From Squalus acanthias (lineage: Eukaryota): a stretch of DNA of 64,000 nt. The translations under genes and the position numbers were made by a program. Under the pieces are notes generated by a model. That model was not told the origin of the DNA. It did not search any database and saw nothing but the letters and a program-made list of their open reading frames with translations. Of the stretch, positions 38,050-51,321 are shown piece after piece; position 1 is the stretch's first letter; every line of letters begins with the position of its first letter. The stretch spans positions 24,926,001 through 24,990,000 of the forward strand of contig CM059432.1 of assembly GCA_030390025.1 (NCBI GenBank), in the 5' to 3' direction.

Positions 38050-40055
38050 CAGTCAATGGGCTGAGAATTCCTTCAACATCACACTGAGAAATGGGAAGGT
38101 TGGGGATTCCCTCAAGAATCGCATTAAGGATGGGGAGGGCTGAATTCATAGAATCATAGAATTATCCAGCGCAAGATGAGGCCATTTGGCCCATCGTGCC
38201 TGTGCCGGCTCCTTGAAAGAGCGATCCAATTAGTTCGACCTCCCCTGCCCTTTCTTCATAGCCCTGCAAATTTTCCCCCTTTGAGTATTTATCCAATTCC
38301 CTTTTCAACGTTCTTATTGAATCTGCTTCCACCACCCTTTCAGGCAGTGCATTCCAGATCATATCAACTCGCTGCGTAAAAAAGATTCTCCTCATCGCAT
38401 TGAAGATGGGGCGGCTGGGGATTCCCCCAACAATCGCATTGGAGGGAATGTTTCCAGGGGGTCAGCGGGCATGTTCGGTGGTAGGTCGGGTGGGACAAAA
38501 ACCATTTTGACAGTGGGTTGAGACCCCGCTGTCAACCCATCACCACGCGCCTACCCAGATGTCGGGTCTGTCAGTGCTGAACAGACCCGACACGCAGCGG
38601 CGGGGGAGGCAATTCAGGTCATTATGACCTTGTTAACAGCCCATTAAGAAGTATTTTGAGCTCACCTTTACATTTTATGAGGTCGCCCACAGGATCCACG
38701 CTGCTCAAGGACCACGTCAGGTAAGCAGGTTGGGAGTTGTAGGACCATGGAATCATCACATTACTTGACAACTGCAAACATGCTATAAAAGCTCCCATCT
38801 CACAGCTGCTCACTTTCCAAGCTCAGAAGCTGTTGCTCACTGCATTTGGAAAACAGATTGCGTTTTATGTAGGTTGCAAGTGTTTGGAGTAAACTATCTA
38901 TCCAGTGTCACCTCATTGGAACAACCTCTCTACCATTGACAGATCGCTTCTGTCATCTCAAGTTCACCTGCCATCAGCATCGGTGCCCTTGAAACTATCT
39001 CACCTTGGTCCTCAGAATCCCAACACGATCAGCCCCAACACCAGCAGCACCAGCAACAACACCAACCTTCTCCACAATCAACTGATGTTGCACAGGACAG
39101 GGAGCATCAGCACCCAACCATATTGCTGCCCAGGAGGCCAGGGATGGCCCCACCATGGCCAGATTTACTTCAATTGACATTGTACACACTGGCTGCCACA
39201 TGATGCACCAGGTTGGCACCACCCCACACCAACATCATAAAGCATCCCTACAATGCCCAAGCCATTCCTTTCACACTCATCACCATTGCGGGGGATACCG
39301 TTATTTCTCACCATACACTGCAACTCACTAAGCCACTTCCAAAGGTGCACACAGATCTGTCCAAGAATGCAAAGTGTTGAAAATAAAGGTTTCAATGTTT
39401 GACACCACATTAACAGAAACTTTACATGAATATAGCATAAAACACCCATGTGCCTACTCTTAAGTGTTGTTAGTTGGTATGATTGGACTAGGATGAGGGT
39501 GACGACATCCCTGCTTGTGTCCTCCTGTGCAATGTGCAACCAGGCTACGTTGGTTTCCTGGGGAGGTCTCTTCCGCCAATTGAAAGAGAAGAGAACATCC
39601 CTGTGTGCTGTGACTCCCTCCATAAGCATATGGAGGAAATCATGGGAGAGCCTGGGTGCAGCTCTGCACCTCTGTGCAGTGCTTGTCAGTGTTTGCAGCA
39701 CCTCAATGCTGTGGAAAACTGACAGCAGAACTGTCAAAATAAATTTGCGCATGGTCCCTTTAAGGAAACCGGCTGATGACGTGTCATCAACTGACGTCAT
39801 CAGACCCACTTCCTTCAATTGGCCGGCAAACGCAGGGGAAAATCATTTTGGACAGCGGGCTGGAGCCAGCAGCGAGGCCGGAACCCGCCACCAACGTCGC
39901 CCGCCACGGACCCGCCGAGGTAGGAGAAATCGCGGCCATTAAGGATGGGGAGGGTTGGGGATTCCCTCAACGATCACAGTGGAATGAGGAAGGCTGGGGA
40001 TTCCATCTGCGCGATAAGAGGATGGGGAGAACAGGGAATTCCCTTTGCGTGATCG
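38050..40055 (+). repeat. Degenerate ~39-bp minisatellite interrupted by a CR1 tail (38146-38396) and a Harbinger relic
   Basis: Units like AGGATGGGGAGGTTGGGGATTCCCTCAACGATCGCATT at ~38060-38142, 38397-38440 and 39938-40055. Confidence 0.65.
38441..39937. mobile_element. Internally deleted, decayed Harbinger transposon (Myb/SANT exon on minus strand)
   Basis: Minus ORF 39165-39818 has RAAPRLSHDFLHMLMEGV..RDVLF..AWLHIAQE, resembling 15983-16227. ATT on both flanks; TIRs weak. Confidence 0.6.
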
Positions 40056-40286
40056 GGTGGAAGTCTGGGGCTGGATAGGCTGAAGGAATCCTTGAAGGGC
40101 CTGGGGTGAGCTGAAAGTACACAGCAGGTCAGTCAGCATCTGTAAAGAGAAAAGACAGGAGGATGAAGTTTCAGGTATGCATTTTTCACCAAAGTCGATG
40201 AAAAGTTACAGCCAAAGTGTTTGTTTGACCTGCTGTGTTATTGCCAGAATTTTCTGATTCTTACCACAACCCAATACTAAGGTATA

Positions 40287-40742
40287 AGAAAGAAAGATTT
40301 GCATTTATATAGCGCCTTTCACGGCCTTTCAGGATGTCCCAAAGCACTTTACAGCCAATGAAGTACTTTTTTGAAGTGTAGTCACTGTTGTAATGTAGGA
40401 AACGCGGCAACCATTTTGCACACAGCAAGCTCCCACAGACAGCAATGTGATAATGACCAAATAATCTGTTTTAGTGATGTTGGTTGAGGAATAAATATTG
40501 GCCAGGACACCGGGAATAACTCCTCCGCTCTTCTTTGAAATAGTGCCATGGGATCTTTTACGTCCACCTGAGAGAGCAGATGGGACCTTGGTTTAACGTC
40601 TCATCCGAAAGACGGCAGCATTCCCTCAGTACTGCACTGGAGTGTCAGCCTAGATTTTTGTGCTCAAGTCTGTGGAGTGGGACTTGAACCCTCAATCTTC
40701 TGACTCAGAAATGAGAGTGCTACCTACTGAGCCATGGCTGAC
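40287..40742 (-). mobile_element. DeuSINE (SacSINE1-like), full length
   Basis: Well-preserved reverse complement of 23458-23915, with A/B boxes near 40680-40740 and an (AAAG)n tail. Confidence 0.85.
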
Positions 40743-40749
40743 AACTTGA

Positions 40750-41900
40750 AAGGACAAATCGAATACCTTGAAAGACATACCACTGACAATTGTACATACC
40801 AAGGACTTGTAATTGCAGATTAACTGCATCAATAAGACAAAATTGAGGGAAATATGTAAGAAAAAACAAACTGAACAATGCCTGAATGGGAAAAAAGTGA
40901 GGGAAACTGAAGAATAAAGAGATCTGCAAAAAGGAATGTTAAAATATGGCAATCAGAGGGACAAAGAGGGAACTAGAAATAAGCATTGCAATAGAAGTCA
41001 AATGTAACAGTAAGAAATTCTTCCAGTATTATAACTGCAAGAGGGTTATCGAAGGTGAACTAAGGTCCCTTAAGGATGTATGTGGGATTGCAGCTGAAGA
41101 TGAACTAAAAATAGTTGACATATTAAATTAAAACTGGAAGTATCCACTAGAGAAGACACTAGTATAATGCTACCTATCAAATGAGGTTCTATAACTAAAC
41201 TTAATGACTTTGATATCACTTTCTGGACATCTAGACAGCTTAAAGGGCTCAAAACCAACAAATCCCTAAGTATGTATGATATATACCTGAGGATGTGATA
41301 TGATACAAGGGATGAAATCTACAAATTACTGACAGTCATCATGATAAAAAAAAAACCCAGGTAACTATAGACCCATTAGTCTTAAATCAGTAACTAGAGA
41401 AATAATGGAATCGATCTTTAGGGGCAAAGTTGAGGATTACCTAAATGAAAATGACTTAATAACAATTTCAGAGGAACATATGAATTGCTAAACAAAAAAG
41501 GCCTAGTCCATCTAATTCGCCTTCTACAATCATGGTAGTTGCATGATACAATGATAATGGAGTTGTTGACTATTCATAGTAATGAATCTCCATCAATTAG
41601 TCTGCAACAGAAATGACACGAAAAAAAAACCAATAGTGGAGAGCTTTGGGAACCATAGGTTCAAAGTCACCATTTTCCTCCCAAGCATGTTGCACTTGCC
41701 ACATGAGGAGCCAACTGTTTTTGTTCCACATAAATGACCTAGATTCAACAGCACATTAAAATATTGTCAAATTCACAAATGATACCAAACTAGGAAGGGC
41801 AATGGTATCTGATGAAGCAGCTGAGGAGTTGCAGAATTGCCCAGAAAATATTTGCAAGTGGTCAGAATAATGACAAGTGAAATTCAATGCAAATCAGTGA
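40750..41900 (+). mobile_element. Old decayed CR1 ORF2 fragments
   Basis: NSKKFFQYYN, NYRPISL, KFTNDTKLG-like motifs; interrupted ~41460-41705. Confidence 0.6.
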
Positions 41901-41959
41901 GAAGATTTTTGTTTATATTTGCTCGAGATGTGGGCAATGTGGACAGGGGCATCCGTAAT

Positions 41960-42990
41960 TCACCAAGAATGTACTGGTGTTCCACAGGGGTCAGTGCTGG
42001 GTCCCCAACTCTTCACAATCTATATTAACGATTTGGAGGAAGGGACCAAGTGTAACATATCAAAATTTGCAGATGATACAAAGATGGGAGGGAAAGTAGT
42101 GAATGAGGAGGACATAAAAAACCTGCAAGGGGACATAGACAGGCTAAGTAAGTGGGCAGAGATTTGGCAGATGGAATACAACACTGGAAAGTGTGAGGTG
42201 ATGCACTTTGGCAGGAAAAATCCTAGAGCAATTTATTATCTTAATGGCAAGAAACTGGAGAGTACTGAAGTGCAAAGGGATCTGGGGGTCCTGGTGCACG
42301 AAACTCAAAAGGTTAGTATGCAGGTGCAGCAAGTGATTAAGAAGGCAAATGGAATGTTGGCTTTCATTGCTAGGGGGATAGAATATAAAAATAGGGAGGT
42401 ATTGCTTCAGTTGTACAAGGTATTGGTGAGACCGCACCTGGAATACTGCATACAGTTTTGGTGTCCTTACTTAAGGAAAGACATCCTTGCTCTCGAGGCA
42501 GTGCAAAAAAGGTTCATTCGGTTAATCCCGGGGATGAGGAGGTGGTCATATGAGGAGAGGTTGGGTAGATTGGGACTCTACTCATTGGAGTTCAGAAGAA
42601 TGAGAGGCGATTTTATTGAAACATATAAGATTGTGAAGGGGTTGGATCGGGTGGATGCGGGGAGGATGTTCCCGATGACGGGTGAGACGAGAACTAGGGG
42701 ACATAGTCTTAGAATAAGGGGCTGCTCTTTCAAAACTGAGATGAGGAGGAACTACTTCACTCAGAGGGTGGTAGGTCCATGGAATATGCTGCCACAAAAA
42801 GCTGTAGAAGCTACAACATTAATTAAATTTAAAACAGAAATAGACAGTTTCCTAGAAGTAAAGGGCATTAAGGGTTACGGGGAGCGGGCAGGAATTTGGA
42901 CATGAGTCTAGGTTCGGATCGGTCATGGCCCTGTGGGTAGTGGAGCGGGCCCAGGGACTGTGTAGCCTGATTCTGCTCCTATTTCGTGTG
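41960..42990 (+). mobile_element. CR1 LINE, 5'-truncated, RT C-terminal frame still open
   Basis: ORF 41919-42905: GVPQGSVLGP, YINDL, KFADDTK, RPHLEYC, RGDFIETYK. Confidence 0.93.
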
Positions 42991-43141
42991 TGCAATTCTG
43001 TTAGATGCAGGAGATGGTTCTGTGATAGATAGTAGATTGGCGGTTAGGATCAGATCAGCCATGATCTTATTGAATGGCGGAGCAGGCTCGAGGGGCCGAT
43101 TGGCCTACTCCTGCTCCTATTTCTTATGTTCTTATGTTCTT

Positions 43142-43985
43142 AAGCTGCTGCAGTCCATGTAATGACGGTATTCCCATGATCGTGTTAGGTAGGGAATTCT
43201 AGTCTTTTGACTCAGCGATGATGAAGGAGCAGTGATATCTGTGTAAGTGTAGATGGTGTGTGACCTTGGAGAGGTATTTGGAGACGTTGCTGTTCTTGAC
43301 CATTTTGGTGGTAGAGGCCGCAGGGCTGGGAGGTGCTAGTGAAGTAATCTTGGTGAGTTGCTGCAGTGTAGAACAGGCTGGGTCTCTTTTCTCTTGAAAA
43401 AAGAAGGCCAAAGGGTGACCTAATCGAGGTCTTTAAAATTATGAAAGGTTTTGATAGAGTGGATACAGAGAGAATGTTTCCACTTGTGGGGAAGAGCATA
43501 ACTAGAGGCCATCAATATAAGATAGTCACCAAGAAATCCAATAGGGAATTTGGAAGAAACTTCTTTACCCAAAGAGTGGTGAGAAAGTGGAACTTACTAC
43601 CACAGGGAGTGGTTGAAGCAAATAGTATAGATGCATTTAAGGGGAGGCTGGACAAACATATGAGGGAGAAGGGAATAGAGGGTTATGCTGATAGATTTAG
43701 ATGAGGAAAGACGGGAGGAGGCTCGAGTGGAGCATAAACGCCGGCATGGACTGGTTGGGCCGAATGGTCCGTTTCTCTGCCATATATCCTATGTAATCCT
43801 ATGTAGATGGTACCTACTGCCACCATGTGCTCCAGTGATGAAGGAGGTGAATACTGACTTCAGTGGCAGGAGTGCCAGTAACAAGGATTGCTATGGGCTG
43901 GATGGTGTTGCGTTTATAGAGTATTGTTGCGGCTGCATGTGGTGAGTATTCCATCACAGTCCTAACTTGAGCTTTGTAGATGATG
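43142..43985 (-). mobile_element. Decayed LINE of the 2352-3323 family, interrupted by a plus-strand CR1 3' end (~43373-43800)
   Basis: Colinear with ~2455-2900. TGTAGA flanks the nested CR1 (ORF 43441-43704). Confidence 0.7.
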
Positions 43986-44124
43986 GAAAGCATGTGAACA
44001 CTTCAAACCTTCCTCAAAATCTATGTCTTCAATCATCTCCCCTTACTATTCTCCTCAGTTTTTGCTTGATGCCTGAACCCTCTTGTAAAACATTTTGCTG
44101 TGTTAAAAACATAAGAGCAAGCTG

Positions 44125-44380
44125 TTTTTGAGTTAATTGATCTCAGTCAAGATGTCTGCAGTGGCATTATCACTGGTTTCCATGTCCCTGAGCTAGGGAG
44201 AGGAATAATCTGCCAGGACTTGTGCTCCTGGTTGCTATGCAGTAATTCCTGCTGCAAGGTGTGCGTGTGTACAAGCACTCACTGTTGGCCTCATTTTAGA
44301 AAAACTTGGGCAAGGTACTGGAGGACATTCTGCACCTGTGGAAAGGTACCCCAGCAAGGATTCAGTGCCTTTAGGTAAAA
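44125..44380 (+). mobile_element. Degenerate SINE (AmnSINE2-like)
   Basis: TGAGTTAATTGATCTCAG..CCCTGAGCTAGGGAGAGG..TGCTCCTG shared with other copies. Confidence 0.5.
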
Positions 44381-45314
44381 TCGGGGGAAAAGACAACCCA
44401 GAAAGTTTAGTAGCGGAGATGAATTTGCTTTTAAATAATACATTTTATGCAAGAGGCAAACTTGGCTGCGAAACTTCAAGAAGAACTTCACTGCTGTAAG
44501 TCTCGCTGCGCTGTCATGAGATAACATCACAGTTCCTACTGTCTCTGTGAATTGTGGATTGTTCCAAAATGCAAAATTCAACGGAGCCCTAAATTATGTA
44601 TTAAGGCTCATGTTGGTGAGCATCAAGTGAAGTCTCCTTTCCCAGGCAAGCAGCCAGCTTGCTTGTCAAGGCTCTGCAAATTGGGGTAAACTTGCAAATC
44701 AAAATGCTTAGTGATGTTTGGTTTATTAAAGTTGTGATGCTCCGTAATGTTCATTTTCTGATTTAAAGCAGGCCTGTCATTTGAATTAATACTTTGTATC
44801 AAATTCAACACCTTACTTTGGTGTATTGTTAAATAATTTACACTACATAGCATGTGTTTGATACCTCCACTGTGTCGAATATAGGATACTAGATAGCTAG
44901 GAGCATGTTGCTAGGGAGGAACACATAAAAAGATTCAGATGGTGACCTAAACTATTAGAATGGAACTTGAGCACTACGGTGACATTTTCCAAATCTGCTT
45001 GTTTTATTGAGAAATTTGAATGAAGGGCTATTGCCATATTGCAAGATGCCACCAAGACAAGCTAAACCAGGAAGTTGTGGCGGATCGCCACCTAAACGGG
45101 CATTATCCACTCTTCCGTCTGTGGACAAATATCGAGCACCTTCCCTTTAAGGCACCTTACCTTTAAGGCAGGAGTGGGCGGGGCCTCAGGGCTTTCCCAG
45201 AGAATTCTGGGAACTTACGAGTCAGCCATTTTTGTGCCATGCAGTTGAATTAAAGTCTCTTGTTTTCCACATATGGATTCAGCCTCCATTCGTGTTTCGC
45301 GGCAGCCTCAACAT

Positions 45315-45326
45315 TGGTGACCCCGA
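45315..45326 (+). promoter_or_regulatory. Primer-binding site (tRNA-Trp)
   Basis: TGGTGACCCCGA 1 nt after the 5' LTR; matches the classical tRNA-Trp PBS. Confidence 0.85.
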
Positions 45327-45353
45327 TGCTCAGAACGTATTCCGAGCACTGCA

Positions 45354-48300
45354 ATGGCGGACACGAACGCAGTTTCCGTGAAACTGCCGGAGTTTTGGGA
45401 AAACCAGCCCGAAGCCTGGTTTCTCCAAGCTGAATCTCGCGTCCGGCTGCGAAATATCACCACAGATGGGACGAAGTACGACTATCTCATCACATCACTC
45501 GGTAGCGCCACAGTTTCGAAGGTTTGGACAGTGCTGCAGAACCCACCAGAGGAAGGCAAGTACGCACATCTCAGGACAGTGCTGCTTAAAAAATTTACGG
45601 CCTCGGCATATCAGCCTCACCGTCAGACCTCCTCTCCCACATGCTCTCCCTCACCGACGAGAGCCCACCCGGATCCCTCTTCCACACGCTGTTCATCCGC
45701 CAGCTCCCTCTCAGCATCCGCCCAGCGATCGTGGCGTCCGGCCTCACGAACCTGGAAGCCCTGGCCAATGAGGCCGACAAGCTGCTGTCTGCTCACTCCA
45801 GCCGCGACGTCACTCCGGACCTGGCAGCCAATGCCTGGGCGCGCCCCTCACCGGCCACCACGCGGCCACAAGGGCCTGCCACCAGGCCCACGGGGCCTTC
45901 ACGCCCCACTAACCCGGGCCACTCTTACTACCATGCACGGTTTGGCGCCAGGGCACAACGGTGCACACCTCCCTGCTCTTTCAAGTCAGCCCCCGTACCA
46001 GCCCCCGTGATGGCCGTGGGCCACGCGGGCTCCCTGCTGTTCGTTACGGATGACAAAACCGGCCGCCGGTTCCTGTGCGACACTGGGGCTCAGCACAGCA
46101 TCATCCCGGCCTCCTTCCTCGACATCCAAAAGGGCGAACGAGGGCCGGCGCTGGCTGCTGCTAACGGCTCGGAAATCCGGACGTATGGCACCCGGACGGT
46201 CACCCTCAACCTCGCTGGTCGCCGCTACCGATGGGAGTTTATCACTGCCAAGGTGCTCTCCCCTCTCATCAGTGCAGATTTCCTGTGCGCCCACGGCCTA
46301 CTGGTAGACATCCCCCATCACCGCCTCGTGGACATGAACACCATGTCCCCCATCCTGGGCGCCATGGCCCCCCCCGTCAACCCGCCGACATGGCGTCACA
46401 GTGCCACGTCTGGGCCACGGATGACTACTCGGCACTCCTGGCCGAATTCCCGGCCCTTACCAATCCGACCTTCTCCGCGGAGGCTGCCAAACACGGGGTG
46501 GAGCACTTCATCCCCACAACAGGCCCACCAGTGTACGCCCACGCCCGCAGGCTGGACCCGACCAAACTGGAGATCGCGCGGACCGAGATTGCCACCATGG
46601 AACAGCTCGGCATCATCCGCCGCTCCAACAGTCCCTGGGCCTCCCCACTCCACATCGTCCCCAAACCAGGCGGAGGTTGGCGCCCCTGCGGGGATTACCG
46701 CCGCCTCAACGACGCCACCACCCCTGATCGGTACCCCGTGCCGTACATTCAGGACTTCTCGGCTAGACTGGCTGGCCGCTCAGTCTTTTCCAAGGTCGAC
46801 CTGGTGCGCGGCTACCACCAAGTCCCCGTCCACCCCACGGACGTCCCCATTACGGACGTAATCACCCCCTTCGGCCTGTTCGAGTTCCTGCGGATGCCCT
46901 TTGGCCTCAAAAACGCGGCCCAGGCATTCCAACGGCTCATGGACTCGGTCCTTCGGGACCTGAAGTTCCTGTTCGTCTACCTGGATGACATCATGGTAGC
47001 CAGTTCCTCCAAGCAGGAACACCTCGAACACCTTTGCATCCTGTTCGGGCGCCTCAGCGCCCACGGGCTCATCCTCAGCCCAGCCAAATGCCAGTTCGGC
47101 CTGGACAAGATCGACTTCCTCAGCCACCACATCACCCATGCTGGGGCCATTCCCCTGCCCACCAAGGTGCAGGCCGTCCAACAATTTCCCCGCCCCACCA
47201 CCATCAAAGGCCTCCAGGAGTTCCTCGGGATGGTGAATTTCTATAACCGCTTCATCCCCAAAGCGGCATCCCTCATGAGGCCCCTGTATGAAGCCCTCCA
47301 GGGCAGGAGCAGCAAGATGGCGGTCGAATGGACGGCAGACGCGTCCGCCGCCTTCGACTCCACCAAGACCGCGCTCGCCAACGCCACCCTGCTCGCGCAC
47401 CCACAGCCCAATGCCAGAGTAGCGCTGACCACGGACGCATCCGACCACGCGGTCGGCGCCGTGTATGAGCAGTGGGTCGACGGCGCCTGGCAACCACTTG
47501 CCTTCTTCAGCCGCCAACTACGCCCCCCGGAGGTCAAGTACAGCACCTTCGACCGCGAATTCCTCGCGCTGTTCCTGGCGGTCCGCATTTCCGGTTTTTG
47601 CTTGAGGGCCACCCCTTCACTGCGTTTCTCGACCACAAGCCCCTGACATTCGCAATGGCAAAGACAACCGACCCCTGGTCCGCCAGGCAGCAGCGCCAGC
47701 TCGCGGCAGTGTCCGAGTTCACCACGGACATCCAACACGTCTCCGGCCGAGACAATGTGGTAGCCGACTGCCTCTCCCGCCCCGCCATCCATGCCGCACA
47801 CCTGGCAGTTGACTACGCTCAACTCGCAGCAGACCAGATCACCGACCCTGACCTGCTCTCCGCACCCACCAACCTACCAGGGCTACGCCTGGCCGACGTC
47901 GCCTGTGGCCCGACCGCAGTCACGGTCAAGTGCGACATATCCCTATGTCAACCTCGGCCCGTCATCCCAGCGTCCTGGCGCCGCCGGGTATTCGACATTC
48001 TCCACATCCTCTCCCACCCCGGCGCCCGCGCATCCATCAAATTGGTAGTCAACCGCTTCGTCTGGCGCGGCCTTCGCAAGGATGTGTGTACTTGGGCCAA
48101 CTCCTGCCTAGCCTGCCAACGGGCCAAGGTACAGCAACACACGAAAGCACCCCTCGAAGAGTTTACCGTCCCCTCGCGGAGATTCGACCACATCCACGTG
48201 GACATCGTCGGGCCCCTGCCGCCGTCGCAAGGCCACACGCACTTGCTGACCATCGTTGACCGCACCACACGCTGGCCCGAGGCAATTCCACTGACCTCTA

Positions 48301-49127
48301 CCAACACCGCCGACATCGCCAGAGCCTTCGTCAGCACCTGGGTCGCACGGTTCGGCGTCCCCTCCGACATGACGTCAGACAGAGGTCCGCAATTTACCTC
48401 TGAACTCTGGACCGCCGTCGCACGCAATCTTGGGGTGACCATTCACCGCACCACAGCGTACCACCCCCAAGCCAACGGACTGTGTGGGCGGTTCCACAGA
48501 TCCTTGAAGGCATCTCTTCGAGCCAGCCTCCAGGACGGCGCCTGGACCGACCGACTTCCGTGGGTCCTCCACGGCCTGCGCACCGCGGTTAAAGAAGACC
48601 TCCACGCATCGGCAGCAGAGCTCGTGTACGGTCAGCCGCTGCGTGTACCTGGCGAGTTCCTCCCCACCGCCACGACACCCTGGTCAGCCGACCAGCAACG
48701 CCACGACTTCACCGCACCAGCGCTGCAGTTCGCCCCGGTGCCCATTGCCCGACACGGCGAAGCCACCTCACACGTCCCACTAAGCCTGCACCAGGCACGA
48801 TTTGTTTTCGTCCGGCACGACTCCCACCGCGGACCCCTTCAACCCCCGTACGACGGGACCTACAAGGTGCTATAGGCTGGGGACAAATTTTTCACCCTGC
48901 AAGTGGGCGACAGGACCGAAAAAGTGTTGGTTGACCGACTCAAGCCAGCACACTCGGAGCCCGGGGAGCAGGTCCCTGTAGCTCGTCCACCTCCACGCGG
49001 CCGACCTGCGCTCAAGCTGGTTCACCCGGCTGCTCCACACCCGGCCGTTCCACGTCCACCGGCGTCCTACAAGAGCCGCTCCGGCCGGCCCATCAGACCG
49101 TCGCACTGTCTCGTCCACACCTCCTAA
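45354..49127 (+). pseudogene. gag-pol (gag, protease, RT, RNase H, integrase) with about 3 frameshifts and a stop
   Basis: Gag KLPEFW..PEAWF. (C>S)YYH..FG..C..PC zinc motif. FLCDTGA protease. WASP, DYRRLN, RMPFGL, YLDD RT. TTDAS RNase H. HHCC, HVDIVGP, SDRG integrase. Frames switch near 45610, 46390 and 47585; TAG at 48873. Confidence 0.95.
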
Positions 49128-50764
49128 GCAGATTCTGGGGGGAGCTGTGTGGCGGATCGCCACCTAAACGGGCATAATCCACTCTTCCGTCTGTGGACAA
49201 ATATCGAGCACCTTCCCTTTAAGGCAGGAGTGGGCGGGGCCTCAGGGCTTTCTCAGAGAATTCTGGGAACTCACGAGTCAGCCATTTTTGTGCCATGCAG
49301 TTGAATTAAAGTCTCTTGTTTTCCACATATGGATTCAGCCTCCATTCGTGTTTCGCGGCAGCCTCAACAAAGTAATGCTTGGATGACATTAAGCTTGAGT
49401 TTTAAAAGCCTGTGGATTGAAGAAAGAGGAGATGGCTGGGGGAAGTTAAGAAATTTTACAGATTTGAGGTCTGGGAATGTTTAAGTTAGAATGCAATGGA
49501 TCTTGATTTCAACACAATAAGGACACAGGAAAGAGGAAGAGGTGCAAGATGGTACATTTGAGGAACAAGAGATCAAACTCCAGAAGAGCATTAACCATGT
49601 TAGTACTGATTAAATAAAGAAAGACAAGTTGGGGGCAGCATGGGGTGATTTCAGGATCCAATGCCCCAAAGGGAGTGGGGCTCACAGGGAGTGAATCTTG
49701 GCAAATTGCAGGCATACAAGCTTGTAAGTGCCATTCCCCCACTGTGAGTGCTGGATTACAGAATCACTTCTGTTAAGGTGGAGGCTGGATGGATCTCCTA
49801 TCAGCCAAGATTTTTTCTTGTATCCATTATTGCTTTGAAGTACATTGCTAAACATTAAAGGGATGAATTTGCTTGGCAGTTTTGGGGGCCATTTCCGGAA
49901 TAACTCTGGCGGGAATGGCCGCAAACTTTGCCAAGACCCAGATACGCTAGGCCCAGACTTGCACTTAAATTTTCTGCCCACCCCAAAGAGGGTGGGGCCA
50001 AGGCCAGGGATTCTCAGCCTTACAGGAACTCAACTTAAGTTTGGAGGCTGATACAGCAAGTCAGAAGAGGCATACTGATGGGCAGCAGTGGGCCCCACAG
50101 CAGGATCCAGTCTGGGATCACGACATTTTGTAAACATATTCAGAGTGAATCCCTTGGCACGGTTGCTGCGGGGGGCAGGGGCATTTGCAGGAGGGGAAAA
50201 GGTGGACTGCTCACCAACCCCCCTCCCCCGGCTTGGCCGCATTTTGCACTCTCCTGGGGAAAATGGGTGCCGAAGAAGTGCCCTTAGTGGTATGGGCGCC
50301 CACTAGATCCAAGCAGATAGAGTGACCTCCCACTAATACTGCATACTCTAGCAGTGTGACTAGCAGAGGCCACTGGTGGGCACGATTCTGGCAGTTGTGC
50401 TGCTATCATGGCCCTGAGCAATTTTGGTCCCCAGTTGTTCTTAGCCCCTAGGAATTCTGGGCTGCCTGGGCCTGCCATCTTATTGTGATTAATGCTCGTG
50501 GACAGGGATACTGAAAAAACCTCGAATAAAGTAACAATAATGCTGGGAGTAGCCCCATTACTCTATTATTAACTCTTTAAGCAGTTAGAAAAATTAAAAT
50601 TAAAATCGAGCTTAAAAGCTTTGTTTGTCTCTTCTCCCATTCTTATTCACATTCTGGCTTCTGCTTTTATTTATGTAATTTTGTTTTTGTCATTTCTAAC
50701 GACTTTACTATAATCTTGCATTGGTTCTTGATGAAAATGAATTGCCCTTTAAAAACTTGTCAAT

Positions 50765-51150
50765 AGCTCCCCCGGTGGCTCAATAGCATAAATGCAATTC
50801 TCCAGAGTGGAATTGAGAATACAGACCAATAAGGTTCTAGATTGAAACCCTGGACTTCGCTGAGTTAACTGATCTCAGGCAGAGGAGCACTTGGCAGTGC
50901 TAAAATTGGCCACAATGTCCTTTGGAGCTACGGAAGGGAAAAATCAAGCATTTTTGATCACTATCCAGTGACCCTTGCTGCAAGGGGTACGCATATGGAT
51001 CTCTGTCTCTCATGGTAAAACAGTCTCTGTCAGTATTCACTGTCGAGGCTCACACTTGAATGACCACTTGGATGAGGTACTGAGAGAACTGCTAGTGCCT
51101 GTGGAACCGAACCTTGGCATGATTCGTGGCATTTGGGAGAAGGGGGAAGA
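50765..51150 (+). mobile_element. tRNA-derived SINE (AmnSINE2-like), near full length
   Basis: GGTGGCTCAATAG head, CTGAGTTAACTGATCTCAG, CTATCCAGTGACCC, CACTGTCGAGGCTCACAC; name from recall. Confidence 0.55.
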
Positions 51151-51321
51151 AACCTGCAGAGGGGATTTTTTTTAAATTACAATAATTAATTTGGCTAGTA
51201 AAAGAATATTACAACGCATATAAGCATTGAACAGCTTTTGAAAAAATTGCTCACCAGCGTACAGCGTGGAGTGAGATCCAAGCCTGAAATGATCTGAACC
51301 AATCTGTGTCACGCATGAGGT

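Larger units (their letters stand above)
45076..49369 (+). mobile_element. Full-length Ty3/Gypsy LTR retrotransposon, CsRn1-clade-like
   Basis: LTRs 45076-45313 and 49148-49369 (TG..CA). TSD AAGT (45072-45075, 49370-49373). tRNA-Trp-type PBS at 45315. PPT GGGGGGAG at 49137-49144. Confidence 0.97.

Noticed and set aside
45354..49127. Bacterial contamination suggested by the abrupt GC rise
   Set aside because: Bounded by LTRs, PBS, PPT and TSD and encodes Gypsy gag-pol; a genuine insertion.
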